Under the pieces are notes generated by a model. That model ran no database searches. It was given only the letters and a program-made list of their open reading frames with translations, and was not told the DNA's origin. DNA of 63,490 nt, filler included, from Choristocarpus tenellus KU-1152 (Eukaryota > Protista > Phaeophyceae), in the NCBI GenBank assembly GCA_964200185.2. It is 10 parts of 10 records of this genome, joined end to end, with 100 filler letters (N's around TTAATTAATTAA, not from the genome) between each part and the next. Parts side by side here need not be neighbours in the genome. Positions count along the whole stretch, not along the records: positions 33,144 to 41,791 come from CAXNAD020004482.1; positions 41,892 to 59,715 come from CAXNAD020000624.1; 8 more parts are not named here. One strand, given 5' to 3'. Shown piece after piece: positions 35,801 through 48,441 of this stretch (the stretch's first letter is position 1; the number at the start of each line of letters is the position of its first letter). Position numbers and translations under genes: made by a program.

Positions 35801-37379
35801 TCCTTGCGTAACTTCATCGTTGATACGGATTCCTTGTATTTCGTCCTCCCAAGTCGAAAGTTGACGAACCTGTAAGTCGTTCAATGCGTGGAGTACACCA
35901 AAGAACCTCTAAGGAGGAGACGATTCACTACCAAAACTGCCGACCTGCCCGTTGCAAAGTAGCATGTGGTGCCCTTTTTGATCGCCTTATCAATGCAATT
36001 CTGCACCATTCATTCACTATGATAACGCTACGACTGCACACCAAACTTTGCCATTACTTCTAGTATGATCTATATTGTTATGGACTGGGATATTTTGCAA
36101 ATCTGTCATGGAAAGATCAAAACCACAACAATATTACAAGGACTACTGTTAAAACAATAGCTTGTCATCATTGCTAACATACACGCCTAAAGCATGTACT
36201 TCGAAGTACTATTAGAGTAGTTTAATGTTACTATTAATAAAGGTAATGCTATATTGATAGATCAAACTGTGCTAACGTAATTTCCTCACAGGAATTGGTA
36301 TCACAGATGATATCTTATGTGGGTACTTCGCGCAAAAATGCGCTTCCTACCTCCAACCCCAACCAGCTGTTGTGTGGCATCACTGAAGTGATATTGGACT
36401 ATCTATTATTGATAGCTTGACGAATCCTTGGTCGGCGGTCGTGGAGAAATAATTTTTCACCACATTGATGGTGTGTGTGTGCTTGACTATTCCGTGTAGT
36501 ACTCCTGTGGTGGGTGGGTGTGGAAGTGGTTGGTGGAGTTCTAAACGTTAAATTAGTCATGTTGAAGATGTCTGAGCTTGGTTATACTCTTGCAAGATTT
36601 TGCCTTTGTCATGTTCCTAAGAATGTGATAATTCTTTGTGGAAGAAACGAGGTTGCTACTTCAACTTCCTGCCACACGGTCTACAGTCGTCATAGACTCA
36701 TACATTACGACACGATCCATGGAATTCAATCTAGCACTCCCAAGAAAACACAAATAATATATTGCCAAATTGCGCGTTAAACAGCTCACTGCTACATTTA
36801 CATCTTCTCAGTTACTTCAAAACAAATGTATGTACGTAGTAGTTGGAGTATATCACATGACGTATGCCTTGTACCAAGTATAATATAATATATCTCTCTA
36901 TGAAACACTCCTCGTAATGTGATTGCTGCCCTGCCAAACACATATGATCGACTGGAAACCTGCTCCCTTTGCTTGATACCAAGGCGGATCGCGAGGTAGA
37001 AGACCCCTCTTCATGGTGAGTTGTAAATGGGGGGGAATTACATGCATAATGTATTGTACTATTCATAACCTAAACGCACCTGCTCACACAAGCTGCTATA
37101 TATCCTCTATCAAACGTACGTACTAATAGTAGGTGTGCAGCTGGCCGTGCTGTTAATGCTTTTTCATGCTGGCCTTCAATATACCCATTCTATTGTTAGT
37201 TCATTGTGAGGCCTTCGCGGGGTAATGCTTCAAAGTTGCATGGTGATGCATTGCGCCAGGGGAATTTCAGTAGGATAAGGTTTCTTGTGACGCATGTAAG
37301 AGTTAAGTAGAGCCGAGGGATAACGCCAAGGTATGATCAACCAGCACTTTATCTTTTGTTTTTGAGTCAAAGTATCTTA

Positions 37380-37613
37380 CAGGGTAGAGCCATGTCCATT
37401 TGGGGACCAAAANNNNNNNNNNGTTGCAATTTTGATGTAATTTTGGCTATCATGTTTGTTAGGAGATGTCAATATCCTTGTTCTGGACACTCCTTTTCAT
37501 TACGTACACATTTTACTTACTCCGAAACATTTTGGAGTAGGTAAAATGTCATAAAAAAACCCCCGTGGGAAGTCAAGCCCCAAATGGACAAACAGGGCAA
37601 AACTCGTACCCTC
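37380..37613 (+). mobile_element. MITE family A, complete uninterrupted copy; an internally deleted reverse copy lies at ~41722-41791
   Basis: TA|CAGGGTAGAGCC...CGTGGG|AAGTCAAGCCCCAAATGGAC...GTACCCTC|TA. Confidence 0.85.
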
Positions 37614-37742
37614 TAAGATGCTTTCACTCTTTTCTTTCTCCTAAGGTTCTGTTTACTGTACTACTTGAAGCTCAAAATAACACCAACAAAAGAGCTCGAA
37701 ATTGAATGGTCCTGTGCAGAAAAGTGAAACCTTTTTCTTTTA

Positions 37743-37930
37743 ACTTGATGGTGCTCTGTGAAGAGCACTGTTCCTCGAGGAAGGACGAATCGATGGTATT
37801 CTTAATAGTGTTTTGTTCATTGAGGGGAGGATGGACGATGATGCTCTGAGGGTAGCGTTGTTCCTTGAGGAAGGATGAATGACGGTGTCCTGAGAAGAGG
37901 GTTGATCCTTGAGTAAGGATGTAGAAGTGA
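37743..37930 (+). repeat. Degenerate ~44-bp minisatellite, ~4 units
   Basis: Recurring CCTYGAGGAAGGAYGAAT-GAYGGTG...GTTGTT units. Confidence 0.65.
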
Positions 37931-40900
37931 CATATGAATATGGTTTTGTGGCAGTGTATTATCTAGGTTAGATACTGTGAATACGAGAATGGGTGGAGAG
38001 AAAATCAAGGGGGCCACCTGACTGTCTCATCCCCTAATCTTGATCCTGTCTCAACGTCTAGTCATAATGAAAGGTACTTGTACACTTACTTAGTATTTAA
38101 TGTAAACCGTACGTGGCATCAGTTCACAGGTGACTGATTTGTACCACCGTACTTGTCTTGACTGAAAGCATAGTCTGATCTACAATTCTAGTCAGTGTGT
38201 GCAGGTTTCAGGTTTATCCTTTTGGTGAGGGGGAACGTAAGACTCTTCCACTCAAGATTTGTTGTCCAAATTGCATTCATGGTTATTTATCTCACTGCCG
38301 ATCAAAGAATTCTGTCCTTCCTCAACCCTTCTCTACTTACACGTCGCTTCGTAAAAAGGGAGGGCCACGCCACTATTTGTTATTGTGGTCTGACTCTGTT
38401 ATATAACCTGGGAGTTGAAGTGACGTCTTGGAAATAGATGACTTTTAATATTTTATATTATTTAATAGATTATTATTATATTAGTTCCTGTTTCACCCAA
38501 AGAGAAATATGCATGTAGGCACTAACACTTGTGAGCTGTATATTTCTAGTTGTATTTTTCATTTTCATACAAATCCTTGTCCAAATCATAACTCTGTGCC
38601 CATAATGACTATGGTGTGGTGCAGTGGGTTACAAATGTTGAGCACCTGGAGTGCAGATTCTTTATGTACGAGTATACAGTGTACATGAACACAATCAATT
38701 ACCTTGTCACGTGAACCGTTACATGTTAGTAATATAGAGGCAAAGCACGCGAGGAAGTACTCAGGTATTGACCGTTTTGCATTTAAACCCAGCTTAAAGA
38801 AATCTTCTGCAATTCGCCCATACAGTTTTTCAATTGATGAAGTACTAAGTTTGACTTGAGAGTGTTGATTCCTGTTGTTTGAATGTTTCTGGAGAATTAA
38901 GAAGAATTTCCAATACACTTTTGTAAAATAAACCTTAACACATACTTTGTCACCATCCATAAAAATGCAATTGTAAATACCTGTTGTGTACTCTGGCAAT
39001 CCTGGTTTCAGTGCCGCACGATGGATTCTTGTGCCCAGTACGGAGCACTCTATTCCTTTATCCTACGCCGGACACTTTCACATTTTATCTTTCTGCCTCC
39101 ATTCTTGATTTGGTCAGGTCCAAAACTTGGTATTCCGACAGTGGGGATGATGATCTCCCGATCGATGTTGACTCTAAGGCAAACGGCGGGTACGACATCT
39201 GAACAAGGCAGCGACGCAACTTGCATTGGGGCTCGTGTATATAAGGCGTACAGTAGTAATCTACTTCCAAGTTATGTTACGATGTATGCACTGCATGTGC
39301 CAAGGTGAAGAGAGCGAACAACTCAAATGTGTGTTGTGCTGTGCCTTGGGCATGAATCGCTGTCGAACATGTTGGGGCAGGCAGTCAGGTGTGTAGAAAG
39401 GCATTATGCTTTGAGATACTGTGTATGGTGAGAATCACCTGGGTGATCGATAAGTGCCTGGGAGAGATAAATTAGAAGGTTTAATGTTACTGTATGCAAA
39501 CTATAGGCCGAGTAGGAGGGGTGGGAGATGATTTGAAGTATTAGAAGTGCATCGAGAGAACGAGTTTGTGTTGGAGTAAACTCCTGTGGAAAGACATGCT
39601 GTAGCGACAGGATATGATCAAATATCTATTATATTGTGAGTAATCCTTTAGGGAATTTCTGTGATGTGATCCTTCCATATCTACATTGTAAGTGAAGGCA
39701 CAGAAGGAGCGTAGGAGACCCGTTTATAGCTAGTCATGATAAGCGATGATGTCTATTGGGGTCTTAGTTCAGTGAAAGAGATGCTGGTCAGAGATGCTGG
39801 TCAGGTCATGCCCTGGGTATTATATGGACCACAAATGGGATGATTTCACAAAGCAACCAAGACTTTTGGTGTCTGGAGGTGGTTAGCAAGCAGAGGAGAG
39901 TACACCATATATGCATATATTTTAAACCAAGAGTTTTTAAAGTCTGGGTATAGCCGGGCTGGGATTTGTTCTACTGGACTATAGTGAAATCTAAGCTCCT
40001 CTCATGGATCCGCAGTGACGTATCAGACACTCTTTCCACAAATACTGTCTAGAATCACACTATTGCGTGACTATTCAGACACGTTGGGACCCTTCAGACC
40101 GTCTATGCCCCCCTTGACACTCTGTATAAAAAAGGAATGATGAAAGTGAGAGCCCCGAGTGTGTAAGCATGGCCGCTCTTTGTGTCTTATCTTAAGCCTG
40201 TACTATTATTGAGGATATGTAGCTACTGCATCATCTCAACTATCTGTGTGCGCTTGCGTATGAAATAGGTCCATCATCCCTTCAGCCTTTTCCCTCCCGC
40301 ACCTCTTGTTTCGTAAGCAATTCACACAAACAGGTTTAAGTGCAGTGTAGTAATGAACACATTTGCCAGAGAAGCTAATGTGTACTTCCCTGTAGAGGGC
40401 TAGTACTGCTGTCCCTTAGACTCCACTTTTATCATGATCCTGCCCTTTGCCGCGATAGCAGCTCATTGTAACCCATACGGATTTTCATTGGGGTGCTTGA
40501 CAACATACACTGCAAATGTCTCCTCATGCCTAGGGGCTCTGGGTTGTGTCAGGAAAATCACCAGATCCCTTGGAGATGACTCCATGGCGTCGACCCAGTC
40601 CTGTGGGTCGTTCACGTCTTGATTTAGGGTCATCTCCTCTGGGATTACACGTGTTTTTGTTTTCTGGTATCACTTCAACAACCAGGTGGTCAACTCATGT
40701 ATATCCCCTGACGCTAGATGTGTGAAGCACTACTCCTTTAAAACTGTTATTGTTTACAAGCAAGAGGACAGATACGAGATGGAGTGACTAGCAATCTCTT
40801 CTAACATAGTCCCTGGTGACTGTGTCCCCTCTTCCAACCATAGGGCAGTCACCTCATGACCTAGGAGACCCACTGTCTGCATGATGGCAATAGCATGTGC

Positions 40901-41891
40901 AGTGGGGGAACCCACCAGCACTACCTTCACTATTTTGGTGATGTTGATTCGCTCCAGGATCTCTGTCTGAACTTGGTCGAGTGGAGGTGTGACATTATAG
41001 ACTTTATATGGACCCCCATATTTATTTGCTTGGTCTCAATCTCCTATTTTTCGCAAGAAACAGGAGGTCACCAACATGCTGGTTTCATATAACCTATGGA
41101 ATACTAACTTGCCAGATATTTACTTCCCCAATATCCAGTACCACATACTAGGATCACGTTATATGGTGACTCTCCTCCATATCGCGCCTCTGCTCGCTGT
41201 TTCGCGCATTGTCTATTCAATCAAAAAGGGCTTCACTCGTGTGTTTGCTCGCTCTTAACAAGTGTGCCTTAAGAGCACTGAAGTAATGGAACTACCTCCC
41301 AAAAATAATGCAATGCTCCACACATTGGACCGTTTCCAATCAGCTATATACAAGGGTGAATTTGTATGTTATTGAATTGTACTGTTAAAATTGTATTTGC
41401 CCTCCAACAGTAGATCGAGATAATGGCGGATGGATTATTTCATGGAGGATGGATTTTTTCATGGAGGATGGATTTTTCCCAAAATGGTGAGCGGAAAGTG
41501 CCCATATGTTTTTTTTGTAAGTGTTGCGGCACTTTTTAAGGGCCTCTTTTTGAATGGGAATCCATGCCGAAGGTGGTAGTAGGACATACTCAATTGATGA
41601 TAATCAATGATTTCCAATGTTCCGAAACCAAAGGGTAAAAAAAAAATGGCACCCTCCAATTTTTTGAGATACAAAATCTGAAATTGTTGTACATTTGTAT
41701 TCTTAAGGAGTGAAACTATCTTAGAGGGTACACTATAGCCAAAATTACATCAAAATCACAACATTGTATTTTGACCCCCAAATGGACGCGGNNNNNNNNN
41801 NNNNNNNNNNNNNNNNNNNNNNNNNNNNNNNNNNNTTAATTAATTAANNNNNNNNNNNNNNNNNNNNNNNNNNNNNNNNNNNNNNNNNNNN

Positions 41892-41954
41892 CGCTAATAA
41901 ACATATCCATACCACACAAAGCAAAATACTCTACTTGAGTAGCTCTCTTCTGCA
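41892..41954 (-). mobile_element. End of MITE family E, inserted at a TA in the Copia pol
   Basis: Reverse complement of 53065-53127; ends CTCTCTTCTGCA|TA. Confidence 0.8.
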
Positions 41955-42910
41955 TACTATCCAACAGTGTGCAGGAACTGGGAAGATATGCAGCATCTCC
42001 ATGCGATCGACACTGGAAAGGACTACAACATGTTCTACGATACCTAGCAGGCACCACGAAAGTAAGGATACACTATCCTGCTGGTGGTGAAATGGACAAT
42101 GGGAGCCTGGTCGGGTATGGAGACTCAGACTGTGGAAATGACACTGCATCAAGACGGAGCGTGACAGCGTATCTGATACTCATGAATGGAGCACCTGTTG
42201 CATGGAAATCAAGATGCAGGGAGCTGTAACCACATCTTCATCAGAGACAGAATGGACAGCGATGGTGCATGGAATGAGGCATGCAATAGTCCTCAGAGGC
42301 ATCCCGGGGGAGCTGGGCATACTCAAAGGGGTCACGACTTGGTATGGAGATATTCGAAGTGCAATCCAAGCAGCAACAACTGAAGGCTTCAATGGACGGA
42401 CAAGGCATGTAGATATTAAACTAAAATGCACTAGGGAGCATGTTAGCAAATGATTATTTACAATAAAATATATTCCCACGACACTCCAACTTGCAGACAT
42501 ATTGACCAAAAGACTACGTAAGAAGCAGGTAGAAGACTTTGTAGACACTGTGTTGACTAGATGAATGTCGTGTGTTAAAATTGAAGTAATCTGCGTTCTT
42601 TTACTACATTGACAAAATGAAAGGTTTTTTAGGTTTGAAAGTTCCAACAACTCGTCATTGCCTGCACTCTCATGGGGGAGTGTGAAAAATAGGACAATAG
42701 TGAGGTGTACCTTATTTTGTGTATATGAGGTTATTGTGTTGAAATTAAATCCATGTGATGTAACTAATGAGATAGTACACCCGGATTATATATGGAATTA
42801 TATATGCGTATTCATTCCCTTTCGCTACTTTGAAATAGGTAGCGAAACACAAATAATAATAAACAAACAATGAAAAGACACCCCACAAAGGTCACTCTTC
42901 TAATTTCAAC
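41955..42910 (+). mobile_element. Ty1/Copia LTR retrotransposon 3' end: RT C-terminus and RNase H (pseudogenised, stop ~42564), PPT 42674-42680, 3' LTR from 42681 to ~42910
   Basis: HWKGLQHVLRYLAGT, LVGYGDSD, RRSVTAY, WKS/KMQGAVTTSSSETE, RTRHVDIKL, QLADILTK. One frameshift and an internal TGA. GGGGGAG|TG at the PPT/LTR border. Confidence 0.92.
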
Positions 42911-42929
42911 CATCCATTCTTTTCACGTT

Positions 42930-44097
42930 CAGCAAAGGGGGTCGTGTGAGGCTTCACACCTTCTTGTCTTCACTACTACTGATAAATAGCATTACCTCCC
43001 AGGGTAAATTTGCACAGGAGTCTGTCCGTGAGAAGGGAAATCAGGGCGGTGGGGGTAAGATCTATGGGGTTGAGGTCACACCTGTTATGCGGGTTGACTC
43101 TCAAGTCACGTATAAAAGAATCGATTGACTCAATTACACGTCTTACAAATGCCCGAACATCCTCCTTCAGTTCCTGCCAAATATCCATCATGTTGCGAAA
43201 GGTTCTGTCTAAAGGATTTGGTACGGAAAATTCCTTCAGGCCTGCCGTCACAAATTCCTCCCAAGAGGCTACATTCAACGTTGCATAGAATGATCGAACA
43301 CCTGCTTGGTCGGGACTGGTACCTCTAGGAATTTGATGTTGGGAAAGGCGCATACACATATCTCCAAGAATAAGTTCGTATGTAGCAATCTGACTTGCTT
43401 CCACAGATGATTTATTTACCATGGCGATAGCGCCTACATGATTCTTGAAGATCATGAGTAACTGCCCAAAGTTGGCTACTGGGGGACAACCTTGCTCTTG
43501 AACGTCCCAAAAACGCATTGAGGGTAAATCCTTATGCGAGGGGTCTTTCACAACTAGAGGGTTTCCTTGGGGGTAATCAGAAACAGGCAGGTTGGTTGAA
43601 TCTAGAAATGAATTACTCATCTTCATATTCAGTGTTTGCATAGCCGCAGCCACCAAACCTTGATCGTGCGGAGTCCCCTCCATTGCTTCATCGACTATCT
43701 TCTTCTTGGAATAGACGAGGTGGCAGTTCATGTATGTCTGGATATCGAATGTCACTGCCGCACTGTCTTCGCCTTTCTCTTCTTGGTCTTCTCCTAACAC
43801 GCTGTACCGGTTCAGGCCTGGATTATGAGCAGGGCCTTCGCTCAGCCTCTGCGCTGCCATCCCTTCCTGCTCTAGCAAGCTACCGGTAAAGAGCCACCAG
43901 GAATGCCTCTGTCTACAGACGTAGACACGGGACTCGGTTGAGGTTGGGCATTATTTATGGTATCCCCCTCATTACCTACTTTGGTTAGCGTTGCATAGGT
44001 TGTCTTCTTCCCTTTTCGTGTCGCTCACTTCTCCTTGGTACTGCTGCTGGTTGGTATGAGCTGTTGCAGTTGGTATCGGAGTAGTAGTGTCAGACAT
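42930..44097 (-). mobile_element. Ty3/Gypsy-like gag remnant (ORF 43878-42976 plus a decayed 5' part)
   Basis: SWEEFVTAGLKEFSVPNPLDRTFRNMMDIWQELKEDVRAFVRR resembles the retrotransposon Gag capsid region. Intronless; ends next to the Copia LTR. Confidence 0.6.
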
Positions 44098-46439
44098 AAT
44101 GTTGCCTGAGTTAGCCCCCTTGAACACTAGGCGTGACTACCATTGTGGAAGTGTCAAAGGTGCCAAGTTCTCTGCTCAAAGGGGCAATCATAATCACCCG
44201 AGTGGACTCTTCCACCTCAGAGGGTGAGACCGAGTTTCAAAGGTCTTGGCTCAACATCTCAGAACAGATGAGGAAATCCAGAACAGAACGAAAACCTCAA
44301 AACACAACAGATTTTCCCGAATGACTAAGCAACGTCATAGCAAGGAAATGGATCAGTCAGAAGCGGAATGGTTCTTCGTTCTGACAGTTCATTTTGGCTG
44401 TTTGGTCAAATCTGGATCTTATGGGTGTGGTTTATTGGACTGGTCGGTATGGGTGAGCTCAAATGACGTGGTTGGCGCGCGCAATTGTATATGACCGCGC
44501 GTCTTATGCACAAGTGTGTGTGTCGGAGATCCCAAAAAAGGAACTTGTCCCTGACATACAATATCCAATAATGTTCTTTTTTGTATAAAAAGTGTTCAAA
44601 ATATTGTTATTATTATGACGCCTGACATTTTCCAAAGTGTTATGGGGGAAAACAATGAAAACTATTCAGATCTCAGCATAAGCCCTAAGGAAATATAAAT
44701 ATGTCACAAATGTGAAAATTTATCTATTGTTCGAAGTATCGTTTCCTTGTTTGAGTGTGTTGTATTACTTTACAACCACAATCGAAAACCTTCACAGAAT
44801 TTTAAGAAACGATCTTCGAACCAGAATCATTTTCCGTGCCTTCGTTTCACTTCCAAAATCTATGTTGTATAATGTCCTCTGTTCACGCAACCCAAACAAA
44901 ACATCTACAACCCAACAAGAGCTTCTTGCACAAACATGCCAACAGTTGCCTAAACCAACCCAACCCTAACAACGAACATCTTCATGGCGTTGAAGGACGC
45001 ACAACCAGGTCCCCGTGTTGTGCCCCTTTAGGCTATTATCATCCCTGACTTCACAGACCTTCACCACAACGATTTGACAAGACATTCACACAATCCCGCC
45101 TGGTCGATACCAGAGGTTCACCTCAGAATCCAACGGACAATTCCTCGGTGGGATATCTGCTCGCTTCTCAAGGCAACTCAGACTTGGGGACACATCCAAT
45201 GCCAGGTTCGACCGAGGTACCAGCTTTATCCTATGCGAGAGTGGGGGGGCTATCGTACAGGGGAAGGTCCGTGACGTTCGCGTAGACGATTCAGGGGCAT
45301 ACATCTGCTCTGTGTCCTACCTTCCAGACGATGGCGAAACCTCTTTGCCCCCTGAACTGAGGTCGTACATGACAGAGGACAAGATTGAGGAAAGGGTCGA
45401 ACAACTTCGGGAGAAGAAGAAGAGGGACAGTCATGAGACTGCAGCCCAGCGTGTCAGACCACGCCACCTGTTGGTTGTTTGCTGCCAGGAGAAGGTGTAG
45501 GAACAACGAGAAGGATACCGAGAAATAAATCCTCCTCGTATCGTCACTGAGGGCTATGCCGGATTTAGATTAAGGAGAAACACTCTATGCCAGTGCCAAG
45601 GGAAGGGGACTGTACTTCAGATGGGATGATCAGTAGATGCAAGGGACCGCGACCAAATACCAGCCCCACTATACTGTGAAAGCTGGTGAGGAGCCAGTCA
45701 GCTACCTCTACGAGGTTAAATTAGAGAACGACGAGTTGCGAAATATCCAGCTTCTTGTGGAACGATGCAGTACAAAACAAGACGCTCCTTCATGGGCCTC
45801 GTTCTGGACAAGTCCCACATTGCCGTAATGCAGACAAGAGACGCGGCTTTCTGGACCTACCTAAGTCATTCCTATGGTAAGTCATCCTCTCCTTCACCAA
45901 TCCGGTACATGCCTTCAAGGACATTTTGTGCCGGAGAGGTCGGAGTTGTTTAAATCTACAGTGTTTTTTCCATTTGGTATATTCGAATTAACATATTCTA
46001 GCGTTCACTTACATGTGTCTTCACACGTATGCTTTTATTGGTCTGTTGGCAACAGATTTTTTTGTTTTGCATATTCTGCCATTGTTCTCTTATACTTACT
46101 GCTACCCCCCATAATGCGTCCTTGGACTATATAACTTACACATCGGATTCAAGATTTTCGTGTGTGTGTCCTATAGCCTGCCTATTGTGAAATCACAATT
46201 CCAGAATCATTGTGTATGCAACTCACAACCCTACTCCCCTGCCTCTTTGCGTCGCAATGGCAAGAGTCATTGCCAGAAAGATAGCAAAACTAACATAGAC
46301 TAAATACCATCCCGTACGTGATGCCACCATCCAAAACGCAAAGCGAAATTTTTACAGCAGGTAACCCCTCTTCCACCCCTCGTCCAAACGGCAACAACTG
46401 CCTAACCCCAAGAATTGAACATAAGGGCAACTTTCCTAA

Positions 46440-46857
46440 CCCATAATCAAACAGTCTACACGTATCCAAGTGCCAAGTGCACATCATAAATGCATTCAAT
46501 GAAACAATACATCAGAAAAGGACAAACCCTCCACGACTGAAGACAGCAAATGCACCATTTTTGAAACACCTGGTCAGGGCCCAAAACTATTCCCAGTGCA
46601 GACCGCCCCCCGCCCCCCAGATACTTTGGGCCCAACCTCAAACGTTAGGGAGGTATTCCGAACCCATAATCACACAGTCTACACGAATCCAAGCACCAAG
46701 CTCAGATCCTAAATGCATTCTATGCCACCAAACATCAAAAAAGGACAAACCCACCACGACTGAAGACAGCAATTCCACGAATTTTTAAACACCTTCATTG
46801 GGGCAAAAACGGACACCACAGTGCAAACCACCCCCCCAAGAAAACTCCTTTGGCCCA
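46440..46857 (+). repeat. Diverged ~222-bp tandem duplication, each unit ending in a family-B MITE terminus
   Basis: ACCCATAATCAMACAGTCTACACG...AAGGACAAACCC-CCACGACTGAAGACAGCAA at 46440 and 46662, each followed by (C)n...CTTTGG(G)CCC. Confidence 0.8.
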
Positions 46858-47426
46858 GAGACCTCTAAAGGATTATAGTTCAACTATCAACAATTTCTTC
46901 TCATGTTATTGGTTGGATTTGCCTAACTTTTAGTCAATGGTGGAGTATGCGAAAACTTCACTTCCCTTTGATCATTACTGTCTTACGTATAACATCATGT
47001 TCAACAAGACCAGTACTTCACATTCGTGCAAATATGACCTTGCAATGGTCTCGGCAAAAGTGGTTTAGCTGGAGCTCATTCGCCCATGTACCTACCTTAA
47101 AGGGCATCTCATTTCTGTTGTCTGTGATCAAGTCATTACGGTTCCTCAGTGCATGATGAAACATTTTGTGGTTATGAGAGAATGTCCGGTTCACGGATGG
47201 CTTTTTATCTGACAGGACCATTATTGCAGAACGGGCTGTGGGCTGACCCCCTGGTGAAATGTGTATTGACAGTAGGATAGAACCGGTTCAGCGCCATTAA
47301 AAAATGAACTCGACTGGGTCACGAATTGACCCCAGTGGAAAACACTCTAAAACAGTGCCGGTCCAGGACCATAAAAACATTTCAAGTTATTTGGCTGCGA
47401 GCTGACCCCCAAGAAAAATATGTCAA

Positions 47427-47610
47427 GGCCCAAAGTATCTGGGGGGGGGGAGGGGGGGTCCACACCAGGGTGTCCATTTGGGTCATAACCAGGAAAAGTG
47501 CACTTACATTATTCATCAGACTTATGGAACCAAATCACCCAAAAATCGCAAAATAAAGAATTTGGCCCCAAAATGGACAGCCACTACCCTCCCCCTGATG
47601 CTTTGAGCCC
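47427..47610 (+). mobile_element. MITE family B, complete copy
   Basis: GGCCCAAAGTATCTGGGGG...CCCCTGATGCTTTGAGCCC inverted termini. Confidence 0.85.
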
Positions 47611-48441
47611 CAACCATTACCAGATTGCAATCGAACCAGGTTATGGGCTGGCCCAAGACCCAGTAGAAACATGAGAGCTATAGATCAGGCCAGGTAACTT
47701 TGAAACCACAACAAAAAACTGAAAATCGAAAAAAGGGTGAAACTAAGTTCAAATTTGCATTTTTAAATAAACAAGAAAATGACCACTGAGAAATAATCAT
47801 TGTAGGAGGAGTCTCAGCCGATATTGTGAGTTCCAGAAACATACTTGTCCAAGGTAACTTTGAATGAAACACCAAAACATGTCTAGTTCCTACAGAAAAA
47901 GCCAGAGGGTCCTCTTACAAAGCAAGAAAAGTGAATCAAACTCCCTGAAGACTAATGAATGACTTGGAGAGGATGAACAATAAACAAGTGAAAAGACTGG
48001 CTGAGCCAGGACCATGGTAGCACAGATGATACATTTTGCTCTGCACATTTTTTTTACCTTTTACTCTTTGTTGTTCCCTCTTGCCTTCTGCTACTTGCAG
48101 AGTGAGTCAGTATCTGCGATGCCTGGAAACAATCATTGCCTGCAACTATACATTAAGGTCAGGTGACAATCTTTCCTCAACCTGTCAAGATCTCAATGAG
48201 CTTACCAAGCTTCTCGGTTCTCAGCAGGGTCCCCCCTTGGCAACAGATTGTGAACCACCCACTCAAAGATCGAAGTCTAGTCCATAACTGTATCAAATGA
48301 TTATGCTGCGCCCTACACATCCCTGCCAACCCCATGCGATAACAAAGGTAGTCAGGAACCTGCAGAGATCAATTACTATGATTCTTTCGACACATTATGA
48401 CAGATACATTTCTGCATTGCTTTCCGGTTCCTTGTTGCCTG

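Noticed and set aside
38586-39202. 137-aa minus-strand ORF and a possible plus-strand terminal exon (SKTWYSDSGDDDLPIDVD)
   Set aside because: No recognisable motifs, and no consistent exon chain could be assembled.
44985-45953. Coding-like stretch (GAIVQGKVRDVRVDDSGAYICSVSYLP...)
   Set aside because: Multiple stops and frameshifts, no identifiable family; probably a decayed TE accessory ORF.
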